Shown here: positions 1 through 8,861 of the stretch, piece by piece
How positions within the stretch are numbered: position 1 is the stretch's first letter
Layout of the letters: every line of letters starts with the position of its first letter
Source: Candidatus Babelota bacterium
GTDB lineage: Bacteria; Babelota; Babeliae; Babelales; Vermiphilaceae
DNA length: 32,000 bases
NCBI GenBank assembly: GCA_039809905.1
Contig: JBDHVY010000001.1
Span: 1,196,745-1,228,744 of the forward strand
Reading direction: 5' to 3'
Program-made: the position numbers and the translations under genes
Notes under the pieces: model-generated
Told to the model about the DNA's origin: nothing
Database searches by the model: none
The model's input: the letters and a program-made list of their open reading frames with translations, nothing else

Positions 1-3
1 GCT

Positions 4-1071
4 ATGCGAGAAGAATACAGAGGATTAAGTAAACAAGAAAAAGAAGAAAAAAATGAACAACTCATGGCGTTTGGTAAATCATTACAGCTTAAACTTGCTC
101 CTTTGCAATTAATCAACTTGAGTGATCAATTGTTTGAACAGGCATATTCTTATTCTGTTGCTCCTAAAAACTTAAAAAATCTACCTGTGGAAGATTATTC
201 TTGCGCAAAAGAAATAGATTCGTTACAAAACTTAAGACGCACAGTTTTTCTGTTTCTGCCTGAGGATATGAGAAAAGTGGTGATCAAAGGACAATTAAAA
301 ACCTTAGAAAACAAACTGAGTGAAGATATTCTTGAAGCAAAGCGTGAATTAGTAAAAGCTTTCGGAATGGGCGTTGATAATCCGTATTTCAAAGCAGCAT
401 TAATAGCAAGTAAGAAAGCACAAGCATTTCTGATGCAAAATATGAAAAAAAAGCGAGACGATGCTCAGGTTGATACAAATCTTTCTCTTCTTTGGACAAA
501 TTGGGTTTCGCGGGTCATTAGATTAGCAGATCTTGAACCAAGTTCTCTTGATCTAGTTCTTGGTGTCAATAGCAATAATGACCTCGATAACACGTTTGCG
601 TGGAACTCAACTGGTACTCCACGTTGTAATGATAATGGAAAATATATTTATGAAGCTCCTGTTATTGGTCTTGGGATAAGTGAAAATGAGCGTTTAAAAC
701 TTAATTACCAAAATCCTTTATTTGCTAATATTTATCAGCATGCGGCCTTTCATGAAGTTGTGCATACAATTAAAGGTCATGCGCCTTCCTGTTCATATCT
801 GGTAAATGCTATAAGTTTATTCCTTAATCAAAAAATTGCCGATATGGGAAAAAAAATTAAAATCCATCCTGCTTACTTTCATTTATGCCTTGCACAAGAA
901 AAAGAAGCAGATGTCTTTCATGCAACTAAATATCCCAAAGCTGCTGAATGCGCTATGGCAATTCCCATGTGCCCAACTATGGGCGGTGCACTTTATAAAG
1001 GAAGTTATCCATTGGTAGCAATTGCTGATACGAATTGGAAAATGCTTCGTGATATTAATGACCGTAAATAG
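4..1071 (+). CDS. Putative Zn-metallopeptidase, M48/M56-like; may be 5'-truncated by the window edge
   Basis: 355-aa ORF whose frame is open to position 1. It has NTFAW (cf. NAFA), then HEVVH (HExxH), then EKEAD about 50 aa later, which is the motif order typical of M48 peptidases. The N-terminal half is long and helical. Confidence 0.45.
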   Translation: MREEYRGLSKQEKEEKNEQLMAFGKSLQLKLAPLQLINLSDQLFEQAYSYSVAPKNLKNLPVEDYSCAKEIDSLQNLRRTVFLFLPEDMRKVVIKGQLKTLENKLSEDILEAKRELVKAFGMGVDNPYFKAALIASKKAQAFLMQNMKKKRDDAQVDTNLSLLWTNWVSRVIRLADLEPSSLDLVLGVNSNNDLDNTFAWNSTGTPRCNDNGKYIYEAPVIGLGISENERLKLNYQNPLFANIYQHAAFHEVVHTIKGHAPSCSYLVNAISLFLNQKIADMGKKIKIHPAYFHLCLAQEKEADVFHATKYPKAAECAMAIPMCPTMGGALYKGSYPLVAIADTNWKMLRDINDRK

Positions 1072-1105
1072 AATTGCTGATGAAATATATCGTAAAAGCA
1101 AGGTG

Positions 1106-1134
1106 TTGACGCGCAGTCATTTGGTGAATAATAT
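1106..1134 (+). promoter_or_regulatory. Sigma70-like promoter candidate (TTGACG-17 nt-TAATAT)
   Basis: Near-consensus -35 and -10 hexamers with a 17-nt spacer in the intergenic region, about 280 nt upstream of the carD ATG. Confidence 0.35.
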
Positions 1135-1414
1135 TTTTTTATAATGTTTGCTAATATTTCATAAAGATAGTTGTCTATCAAAAAGAAAACAAAAATCATT
1201 CTCTTTTGCGTAACCCGTGATCAACGACTTATCTATTGCCGATGACCAAAAACATTCCACAGTGGCGCGATTTTGGTTGCGTGTTTTTTCGGCGAAAGCA
1301 TTCATTTTTGTAATTCGATAGTCGAACTTAAATGTTTTATAAATCTGTGATAAGATTTAATTGTGTAGAATACTTTTCTTGCGAGAAGCTTTATCTTTTT
1401 GTAAAAGGATAGCT

Positions 1415-1945
1415 ATGTTTACTCGCAATGAGAAAGTTGTTTATCCAGGCCACGGAGTGGCCATTATTAACTGTGTTATAGAAAAAAAAATTGCAGGACG
1501 TTCTTTGCAGTTTTTTGAATTGCGTTTTCTCAATAAAGATATGACCATTCTTGTTCCAACAGATAATGCGAGCGCGGTAGGTATTAGACCACTTAGTTCT
1601 GCCGAATATATCAATGATATTTTTAAAATACTAGCGCAACCAGTTATGACTAAACAACTTGATGCAGTAGTAAGCAATTGGAATAAACGTAACAAAGAGT
1701 ATCAAGGAAAATTACGCAGTGGTAATTTGCTCGAATTATGTGCAATTTACAGGGATCTCAGGCACATTGAAGTAAATAAAGAACTTTCTTTCGGTGAAAA
1801 AAGCCTGTTGCAGCAGACAGAAGCTCTTTTAATTGAAGAAATTTCGATAGTTACTAAGGTTCCTCTTGCTGATGCAGCTCAGCAATTAAAGGACTTAGTT
1901 GGAGCAAAAATAAAAAGAAATAATGAAACAATGCGAACTTTGTGA
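1415..1945 (+). CDS. carD: CarD/CdnL-family RNA-polymerase-binding transcription regulator
   Basis: N-terminus FTRNEKVVYPGHGVAIINCVIEKKIAG matches the CarD_CdnL_TRCF N-terminal domain pattern. ATG 1415 is preceded by AAAGGA, and the ORF-track TTG 1361 start is less likely. Confidence 0.8.
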   Translation: MFTRNEKVVYPGHGVAIINCVIEKKIAGRSLQFFELRFLNKDMTILVPTDNASAVGIRPLSSAEYINDIFKILAQPVMTKQLDAVVSNWNKRNKEYQGKLRSGNLLELCAIYRDLRHIEVNKELSFGEKSLLQQTEALLIEEISIVTKVPLADAAQQLKDLVGAKIKRNNETMRTL

Positions 1946-1962
1946 TTGAAGTTTAACTATTT

Positions 1963-2003
1963 ATAGCGAGGATCCCTCAAAAAATTGGGATCCTCGCTAT
2001 TTT
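1963..2003 (+). terminator. Rho-independent terminator after carD
   Basis: Perfect 14-bp stem ATAGCGAGGATCCC/GGGATCCTCGCTAT with a 10-nt loop, followed by TTT. Confidence 0.7.
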
Positions 2004-2021
2004 GGTGTATGCTTATCTATT

Positions 2022-3047
2022 ATGCATAAAAAAATAAATCACCCATTTATGTTTATTATCTATGGCCCAACTGGTGTTGGCAAAACAGAACTGGCTTTAG
2101 AAGTTGCTCAATATATTCCTGCAGAAATTGTTAATATGGATGTGGGGCAATTTTATACACCTCTTTCTATTGGTACTGCAAAACCAGATTGGCAAAATAG
2201 CTCAATTCCGCATCATCTTTTTGATAGCATCAATGCTCCCATTAATTGGACTACTGCTGAATATCGTATTCGAGCATATAAAATTATTAATGAAATTATT
2301 AGTCGAGGTAACCTACCTATTCTTGTAGGTGGATCAGGCTTTTACTTACATTCATTATTGTTTGCGAGTCCATTTTCTGCCGAAAGCCTTGAAAACATTA
2401 ACATGATAAATTCTCAAGCAAATATTCAGGTACAACAATCTAAAAATAGTAATAGTGATAAAGATTTATGGCAACAACTTTATTGTATTGATCCAGTGAG
2501 GGCTGAGGCTATTAGTAAGTCTGATACATATCGTATTGAGCGAGCTTTGAATATTTGGTATACCACGGGAAAATTGCCATCATCATATGCACCACTATAT
2601 AATCCAGAAATGGATTACTCTATACTTTTTGTAGATCGGGACCGCCAAGAATTGAGAAAAAGAATTGATGCTCGTGTAGATGAAATGCTTGAATCCGGTT
2701 GGATTGATGAGGCAAAAAATCTTATGAATAGTCCATGGCAAGATTTTCTCAGAAAAAAAAATCTCATTGGATATAGTGAAATATTTGATTATCTTTCGCT
2801 TAATAACAGAAGTTCGGATGCCTTTGCCCATATGGTAGAATTAATAAGTGCCCAAACACGGCAATATGCAAAAAGACAATGTACATTTTGGCGTAAGTTA
2901 GAACGTGAAATAAAAAAAGAAAAGCAGTATACTGGTACCAATGTTGGTTGCCTTGATGTAGTCAATTTGACCAATACAGATGGTAAGTTATATAGTAAAA
3001 AACTGAGCTCCATCTTGAACGCTGTATTTGAGAGAAAAGTTCAATGA
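2022..3047 (+). CDS. miaA: tRNA dimethylallyltransferase
   Basis: P-loop IYGPTGVGKT at the N-terminus, VGGSGFY, DTYRIERALNI and RQYAKRQ.TFWR motifs, and length typical of MiaA. Confidence 0.9.
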   Translation: MHKKINHPFMFIIYGPTGVGKTELALEVAQYIPAEIVNMDVGQFYTPLSIGTAKPDWQNSSIPHHLFDSINAPINWTTAEYRIRAYKIINEIISRGNLPILVGGSGFYLHSLLFASPFSAESLENINMINSQANIQVQQSKNSNSDKDLWQQLYCIDPVRAEAISKSDTYRIERALNIWYTTGKLPSSYAPLYNPEMDYSILFVDRDRQELRKRIDARVDEMLESGWIDEAKNLMNSPWQDFLRKKNLIGYSEIFDYLSLNNRSSDAFAHMVELISAQTRQYAKRQCTFWRKLEREIKKEKQYTGTNVGCLDVVNLTNTDGKLYSKKLSSILNAVFERKVQ

Positions 3048-3075
3048 AAGCGATAAAAAAATTAGGAATAAAACT

Positions 3076-3711
3076 ATGAATAAATGGGAAGATTCTTTCA
3101 AGAAAAATGAAGCCATGTGTCATTGTTCAAACAATGGCCTTTTTATACCTAATAGACAGCTGAGTATTATAGTTGCAGGATTACTTTTTTTAGCTTTTTG
3201 CATTTTTATATCAGGATATTTTTTGGGCAAAAAAAATGTAGTAGAACAATATTCTGAGAAAATGCAGCAAGAAGCTTTTTCTGACCAAGTCTATGCATCA
3301 ATACTCACTCATCCAGAAAATAGTGAACAACAAAATTCACCTACATTACTCGTAACTCAAACTGAAACGCAGCCTGTTGAATTATTACATGAACCAGTTG
3401 TTCAAGCAGTGATGAGCGAAAATCAAATAGTTACATCTGCTACTCTGCCAGAACAATCATCAGTTCAGTATTATGCGCAACTTATAGGGTTTGGAACGGA
3501 AAAAGCTGCTCAACAATTTGTAAAAAAACTTGCAATAAAAGGAATCGAAACTGAAGTAAAAAAACGAATAAGCACAACAGCTAAAGGGCGTACTTCTTAT
3601 TGGTATCAAGTGGTAACAGCTGCATATTCCAATAAAAATGATTTGATAGAGCTTGTTAATAAAATTACTAAAGAAGAAAATATAAAAGATGCAAACATTC
3701 GTGTTTGTTAA
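3076..3711 (+). CDS. SPOR-domain membrane protein (FtsN/DedD-like septal peptidoglycan binding)
   Basis: One TM helix (LSIIVAGLLFLAFCIFISGYFLG) and a C-terminal SPOR-like segment YYAQLIGFGTEKAAQQFVKKL...YWYQVVTAAYSNKNDL. ATG 3076 follows AGGA. Confidence 0.6.
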   Translation: MNKWEDSFKKNEAMCHCSNNGLFIPNRQLSIIVAGLLFLAFCIFISGYFLGKKNVVEQYSEKMQQEAFSDQVYASILTHPENSEQQNSPTLLVTQTETQPVELLHEPVVQAVMSENQIVTSATLPEQSSVQYYAQLIGFGTEKAAQQFVKKLAIKGIETEVKKRISTTAKGRTSYWYQVVTAAYSNKNDLIELVNKITKEENIKDANIRVC

Positions 3712-3750
3712 TAGTAAAGATAAAAAAAAGAATATAAAGAAAGGTTCAGT

Positions 3751-5676
3751 ATGATTATTACTCTTCGCAACCAGATTAAACAGTCATCATTTAGATATGT
3801 CTCGTTTTTTATTTTTGTAGTTATAGGTGCGGGAATGATTTCGATACCAGCACTTATGAGGGAAGAACGAACTGGCGGTTCATGGGCAGTGAAAGTAAAT
3901 GGTGAACAGGTATCATATCAAGATTTTGCAAGAGAAATTGCTGAACAAAGTGAGTTTCTTGCACAAATCCGTGCTCAATACGGTCAATATGCAGATCTTT
4001 TATTTCAGGCAATGGGATGGCCAACAGATCCTCAGTCTCTGGCTCTTGAAGAACTCATCAGAACAACATTAATGAAGCAATTTGTCAGAGACCTTGGTCT
4101 ACGTGTTCATGCAGATTATATTGCTGAAAGCATGAATGATGTACAATTTGCTCGTCGTCATTTACAACGTATAGTGCCCGCTTTTGTGTTTGATCAATCA
4201 GGAGTACTAGATCCTGAAAAACTCCGCATGTATTTGCAGTATAAAAATCTTTCGGTAAAAAAATTTGAGAGCAAGGTAGAAGATAGCTTAAATCAGTTAC
4301 AGGCATTACAGATTGTTGCATCTTCATGCTACGTTCCTTCATTTGATATAGAACAAGAATTTATTGCAACTAAGCTTGGCAAACAATTTTCATATCTCAC
4401 CTTTTCATATGATTCATTCTTGGCTGCTGAGAAAAAAAATGTAATCAATGATGAAGATGCTCATGAATATTATGATAAAGAAAATATACAAGCACGCCGT
4501 TACTGGGTTCCTGAAAAACGTGATGCTATTGTATGGAAATTTAGTCCAAGTGATTACAATGCATCAATTTCTGAAGAACAAATAACAGAATATTATGAAA
4601 ATAATAAAGCAAATAAATATGTACTTGAGCCTCTTAAAGTAGAAGTGCGACAAATTTCTGAAAAACAACTAGCTCAATATCCTGACTTAACCCTTGAGAT
4701 GGTAAAAGATGAAATCATACACAATCCAGCATCGGCTTGGAATAAAAAATGGGAATCATTAAAACCATTTGCTCGTGGTGAAAGAAAAGGATCTTTTGAA
4801 CAAGAAGCATTTTTATTACAAAATGAAGGCGATATTTCATCAATCATAGATACAAAAGATGGAAGAGTATTTATTCAGCTTGTTAGAAGAATCCCTAAGG
4901 TCTATAATCAACTTTCAACTGTGCGCCACGATATCAGAACTATTTTATCTGAAAAACAGTTTAAAAAGCAGTTTGTTAAGGACTTAAAAGAGATTTTATC
5001 AAAAGATGATATCCAATCAATAGAAGCATTTATTGCACAAAAGTATGGCAAAAAAGAAGTTGCGCTTGGGGTTATAAAAAATGATACCCAGCTTTCCCAG
5101 GAACTTTTCGGATTAAAAAAAGATGAATATGGTGTTTTTGTGGATGGAAATACGGGGTTTGTTGTTAAGTTGACAGCTATCGTTGAACGCCATCTGCCTA
5201 AATATGAACTAATTCGTGATATTGTTGTTGAGGATCTTCATCAAGAACGTGCTTATAGTCAAATGATCGATGCTATGGAGCAAGCAAAACAAGCAGCTAC
5301 AGAGCTTTCTTTTGAACAGCTTGCAAAAAAATATAATGCATCGCTTCATTACACGGGCATGATCTACCCTAGCGATAGTAAAAAAACACAAGAGCTAGAT
5401 AAAAAAGAGCTTCCTGCAAAGGCAATGTTGAATCTTGATAAAGTAGGCGCTCTTATGGTTCATTCTACCGATAGAATGGGTATGTTGATAAAGGTTGATG
5501 CGATTAAAAATGATGATATAGAGCAGGCATCTGCTGATTATAAAGAAGTTCAGTCCGTGCTCAATAATAATAGAATGAAAATGCAGGTCGAGAGCGTTGT
5601 TGCTTCTTTGCATAGAAATGCTACAATAGAAACTAATGAGTCAACACAAATAGCTGGCGAAGAATATTCAGAATGA
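3751..5676 (+). CDS. PpiD-like membrane-anchored periplasmic chaperone / parvulin-type PPIase
   Basis: 641 aa with an N-terminal TM anchor, a SurA-N-like region, a central degenerate parvulin-like segment and PpiD-like length. Its stop overlaps the recA ATG (ATGA). Confidence 0.6.
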   Translation: MIITLRNQIKQSSFRYVSFFIFVVIGAGMISIPALMREERTGGSWAVKVNGEQVSYQDFAREIAEQSEFLAQIRAQYGQYADLLFQAMGWPTDPQSLALEELIRTTLMKQFVRDLGLRVHADYIAESMNDVQFARRHLQRIVPAFVFDQSGVLDPEKLRMYLQYKNLSVKKFESKVEDSLNQLQALQIVASSCYVPSFDIEQEFIATKLGKQFSYLTFSYDSFLAAEKKNVINDEDAHEYYDKENIQARRYWVPEKRDAIVWKFSPSDYNASISEEQITEYYENNKANKYVLEPLKVEVRQISEKQLAQYPDLTLEMVKDEIIHNPASAWNKKWESLKPFARGERKGSFEQEAFLLQNEGDISSIIDTKDGRVFIQLVRRIPKVYNQLSTVRHDIRTILSEKQFKKQFVKDLKEILSKDDIQSIEAFIAQKYGKKEVALGVIKNDTQLSQELFGLKKDEYGVFVDGNTGFVVKLTAIVERHLPKYELIRDIVVEDLHQERAYSQMIDAMEQAKQAATELSFEQLAKKYNASLHYTGMIYPSDSKKTQELDKKELPAKAMLNLDKVGALMVHSTDRMGMLIKVDAIKNDDIEQASADYKEVQSVLNNNRMKMQVESVVASLHRNATIETNESTQIAGEEYSE

Positions 5677-6791
5677 AAACAAAAACATCATCAGCGGCTC
5701 ACGTAGAGCCGCCAAAAGACAAAAATGCCGTTGAGCAATCAATGAAAAAAAAGATGCTCGAGGTAACGTTTTCTCAGATAGATAAACAGTATGGTAGTGG
5801 AGCTGTTATGAAGCTGGGAGAATCTCAGAATCATAATATGGAAGCAATTTCCACCGGATCTATACTCATAGATAGAGCAATTGGAATAGGTGGATTTCCT
5901 GTTGGCAGAATTATTGAAGTGTTCGGCCCAGAGGCTTCCGGAAAAACAACCCTAGCAATGCATGTTATTGCGCAAGCTCAAAAGCGTGGCGGAATTTGTG
6001 CTTTTATAGATGCTGAACATGCTCTTGATGTAACCTATGCTAAAAATCTTGGTATTAATGCCGATGAATTAATTATTTCTCAGCCGGATTACGGCGAGCA
6101 AGCTCTTGATATTGCAGAAATGCTTGTTCGTTCAGGTGCTGTAGACGTAATAGTTATCGATTCAGTTGCTGCATTGGTTCCTAAAGCAGAACTTGAAGGT
6201 GACATGGGAGATTCTCACATGGGTCTTCAAGCGCGACTTATGTCCCAAGCCCTACGCAAATTGACACCAGTTATTCATAAATCTAAAACAGTGCTTATTT
6301 TTATTAACCAGATTCGACAAAATATTGGAGCTATGCCTTTTGCCAATAAAGAAACGACAACTGGTGGTAATGCATTGAAATTTTATGCTTCAGTTCGTCT
6401 TGATGTTCGCAGAATAGCAAGCTTGAAGAAAAATGATGTTAATATTGGTAATCGGGTACGAGTACGTGTGGTAAAAAACAAGGTTGCTCCCCCATTTAAA
6501 CAAGTTGAAGTTGATTTATTATTCAGCGAAGGCATTAGTAAAGAACTCGACTTGCTTGATGCAGCATTACATTTTAAAGTAATTGCGCAATCGGGGTCAT
6601 GGTTTGCATTTAATGGCGAAAAAATTGCACAAGGTCGTGATCAAGTTTTGCAACACCTTAAAACACTTGAAGTCTATCAAGCGGTTTATGCAAAAGTTGC
6701 TGAATGTATTGCGGCAGAAAAAGAAGTTGGTGCAACAGTAGATTTTGATGCTCAAATGAAAGAAGATGCTGCGCAAGCAGATTTGGAATAA
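5673..6791 (+). CDS. recA: Recombinase RecA
   Basis: [15 protein letters not shown], Walker [27 protein letters not shown] and [19 protein letters not shown] are all present. There is a short N-terminal extension; an alternative start is ATG 5742. Confidence 0.97.
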   Translation: MKTKTSSAAHVEPPKDKNAVEQSMKKKMLEVTFSQIDKQYGSGAVMKLGESQNHNMEAISTGSILIDRAIGIGGFPVGRIIEVFGPEASGKTTLAMHVIAQAQKRGGICAFIDAEHALDVTYAKNLGINADELIISQPDYGEQALDIAEMLVRSGAVDVIVIDSVAALVPKAELEGDMGDSHMGLQARLMSQALRKLTPVIHKSKTVLIFINQIRQNIGAMPFANKETTTGGNALKFYASVRLDVRRIASLKKNDVNIGNRVRVRVVKNKVAPPFKQVEVDLLFSEGISKELDLLDAALHFKVIAQSGSWFAFNGEKIAQGRDQVLQHLKTLEVYQAVYAKVAECIAAEKEVGATVDFDAQMKEDAAQADLE

Positions 6792-6813
6792 ATAAAAACT
6801 CTTAATACGGAGT

Positions 6814-6842
6814 CCCCATTACATGTGTAATAGAGAATGGGG
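6814..6842 (+). promoter_or_regulatory. Hairpin immediately upstream of the infC start codon
   Basis: CCCCATT/AATGGGG 7-bp stem with a nested ATTACA-TG-TGTAAT hairpin, ending 2 nt before ATG 6845 with no U-tract. It may be a translational or L20-type leader element, but function is unproven. Confidence 0.25.
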
Positions 6843-6844
6843 CT

Positions 6845-7402
6845 ATGAGAAAAAGTTTCATGTTAAAAGAAAAAAAAGAAAACGTTCCGTTAATTAATCA
6901 ACAAATTCGTGCTGAACATGTTCAGCTTATAACGCAAGATGGTGAAAACATTGGGACGATAAGTAGAAACCAAGCATTACGACAAGCAGAAGAAGCTGGT
7001 CTTGATCTTGTATTGATAGCTCAAAGTGGTAAAGAAGGCATACCTGTTGTTAAAATCATGGATTTTGGTAAGGTACTTTACGAAAAGAAAAAGAAGACTA
7101 TTGAGGCAAAAAAACATCAAAAAGTGATTCAAATAAAAGAAATAAAAATGAATCCTAAAATTGGTGAACATGATTATCAAACTAAAATTAAGCAAGCAAT
7201 ACAGTTTTTGACATCAGGAAAACGGGTAAAAATTACACTTTCGTTTAAAGGTCGAGAAATAGCGACTAAAGATGTACGTGGCTTAGAGCTTTTTACCAAA
7301 ATAGAAAAGAGTTTTGGAGAGCATGATTTGGCGAATAGCCTTATGCAAGAACCAGACTCAAAAATGGGTAAAATATGGTCGCGTATTTATTATTTAAAAT
7401 AA
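6845..7402 (+). CDS. infC: Translation initiation factor IF-3
   Basis: INQQIRAEHVQLITQDGENIG, EAGLDLVLI, KIMDFGKVLYEKKKK and the C-terminal domain, plus the conserved infC-rpmI-rplT order. Confidence 0.95.
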   Translation: MRKSFMLKEKKENVPLINQQIRAEHVQLITQDGENIGTISRNQALRQAEEAGLDLVLIAQSGKEGIPVVKIMDFGKVLYEKKKKTIEAKKHQKVIQIKEIKMNPKIGEHDYQTKIKQAIQFLTSGKRVKITLSFKGREIATKDVRGLELFTKIEKSFGEHDLANSLMQEPDSKMGKIWSRIYYLK

Positions 7403-7420
7403 ACTTATTAAGGATGAACA

Positions 7421-7636
7421 ATGGCGAAAATGACTAAGATTAAAATGAAAACAAATTCTTCTGCAAAGAAGCGTTTTTCAAAAACTGGCGGAAAAGTAAC
7501 AAAAATTAAACGTGGAAAAGCATTTAGACGTCACTTAATGACACGCGCAAGCGCGAAAACTAATCGCCAATTGCGTCGTCCTACTTACTTTTCACCATCA
7601 GATTTGCCAGGAATTAAACTTCTATTACCATATTAA
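7421..7636 (+). CDS. rpmI: 50S ribosomal protein L35
   Basis: KMKTNSSAKKRF...RRHLMT...LLLPY. AAGGA lies 6 nt upstream of the ATG. Confidence 0.93.
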   Translation: MAKMTKIKMKTNSSAKKRFSKTGGKVTKIKRGKAFRRHLMTRASAKTNRQLRRPTYFSPSDLPGIKLLLPY

Positions 7637-7670
7637 TAACATTATATAATTTTAAAATTAGGGATTAAAA

Positions 7671-8018
7671 ATGTCACGAGTAAAACGCGGTATAGTTACT
7701 AAAAAAAGACACAAACGTTTATTAAAACAAACTAAGGGTTTTTGGGGACAACGTAAAAATATTTTCAAAAGAGCTCATGAAACATTGCTTCGCGCTTGGG
7801 CGTTTGCATTTAAAAGCAGAAAGCTTCATAAACGCGACATGCGTTCACTCTTTATTTCTCGTATTACAGCTTCAGTAAGACCTCAAGGAACATCATACAG
7901 TAAATTCATCCATGGTCTTAAAGTTGCTCGTATTGATTTAAACAGAAAAATGCTTAGTCAATTATCAATATTTGAACCTGCAGCATTTTCTCAGATTGTT
8001 GAGATAAGTAAGCAATAG
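7671..8018 (+). CDS. rplT: 50S ribosomal protein L20
   Basis: MSRVKRGIVTKKRHKRLLKQTKGFWG...RKLHKRDMRSLFISRI matches the L20 pattern. Confidence 0.95.
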   Translation: MSRVKRGIVTKKRHKRLLKQTKGFWGQRKNIFKRAHETLLRAWAFAFKSRKLHKRDMRSLFISRITASVRPQGTSYSKFIHGLKVARIDLNRKMLSQLSIFEPAAFSQIVEISKQ

Positions 8019-8023
8019 TTTTC

Positions 8024-8053
8024 TTGACAATGCTTTTCTTGAATCATTAGACT
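8024..8053 (+). promoter_or_regulatory. Promoter candidate (TTGACA-18 nt-TAGACT)
   Basis: Consensus -35 hexamer with a moderate -10, located between rplT and the ZapB-like gene. Confidence 0.3.
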
Positions 8054-8137
8054 AACTTCCAAGAGTGAAAACTAGCCACGTTGATTCTTTACTTGGTATC
8101 CCATGCAAAAAAAGGTGGGATTAAAAAAAGGAGTTTT

Positions 8138-8455
8138 ATGGAAGTAGTACTAGTTCTTGAAGAAAAAATAAAATCTTTGATTGCAACGGTTAAAAATATG
8201 AAAGATAATTATGCCGCTTTGCAATCAAAGTATGATTCATTACAAAGTGATAATGATCAATTAAAGGCAGAGAATGATAAGCTTGCTGAAGGTAATGCAC
8301 AATTGACTTTCCAGTTGAATTCAATAGAAAAATCTATGCTAAAAGAGACTGGGCATGTTCAGGAGCTAACAGAAGAACGCTCTATAACACGCCTAGTCCT
8401 TGATGATTTAATAAAGAGTATTGATTCAATCGTTGAGAATGAAAATCAACCATGA
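8138..8455 (+). CDS. Coiled-coil protein, ZapB-like (cell-division associated)
   Basis: Heptad-rich sequence LQSKYDSLQSDNDQLKAENDKLAEGNAQL. GGAG RBS precedes ATG 8138, and the stop is ATGA-coupled to zapA downstream. Confidence 0.4.
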   Translation: MEVVLVLEEKIKSLIATVKNMKDNYAALQSKYDSLQSDNDQLKAENDKLAEGNAQLTFQLNSIEKSMLKETGHVQELTEERSITRLVLDDLIKSIDSIVENENQP

Positions 8456-8742
8456 TGAATGAAAAAAAGAGTTATAAAGTACAAATTTTTGAAGAACATT
8501 ATGTTCTTTCCAGCGATGAGCCTGAGGCTCTTGTATTAAAGGCCGCAGAAATAGTAGATAATGCTATGAAAGAAATTAGTCATCATTTTGCTATTACTGA
8601 TGCCAAAAAAATAGCCGTATTGTCAGCGCTTCGTATTGCAAATAAATTATTACACCATGAGCGTGAGTATGGTCATAAAGAACAGAAAATGGTTGCTCTC
8701 AAGAATTATATTGATGAAGAGCTTTCGTTGTTGAATTTGTAA
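8452..8742 (+). CDS. zapA: Cell division protein ZapA
   Basis: 96 aa with YKVQIFEEHYVLSSDEPEALVLKAAEIVDNAMKEI...AVLSALRIANKL, which matches the ZapA pattern. Confidence 0.75.
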   Translation: MMNEKKSYKVQIFEEHYVLSSDEPEALVLKAAEIVDNAMKEISHHFAITDAKKIAVLSALRIANKLLHHEREYGHKEQKMVALKNYIDEELSLLNL

Positions 8743-8861
8743 AATAATCTCCTTCTTATGTGCATTCCATTAGTGTAAGCTTACAAATCTGCTTGCGGCA
8801 CTAATTTTATTATCCTTAAATTAAACGACAAGTAGTATGCTTGTTTAGTGTAGGAATGCTC

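Noticed and set aside
1159-1305. 48-aa minus-strand ORF (MNAFAEKTRNQNRATVECFW...) upstream of carD
   Set aside because: It has no RBS and no recognisable motif, is below the ORF-track threshold, and is antisense to the candidate carD leader. It is kept only as a note within the leader finding.
8743-8861. 6S RNA (ssrS) downstream of zapA, as in E. coli
   Set aside because: The spacer is only about 120 nt, too short for a 6S RNA of about 180 nt. It shows just a modest hairpin (ATTAGTG...CACTAAT followed by TTTTATT), which is more consistent with a weak zapA terminator.
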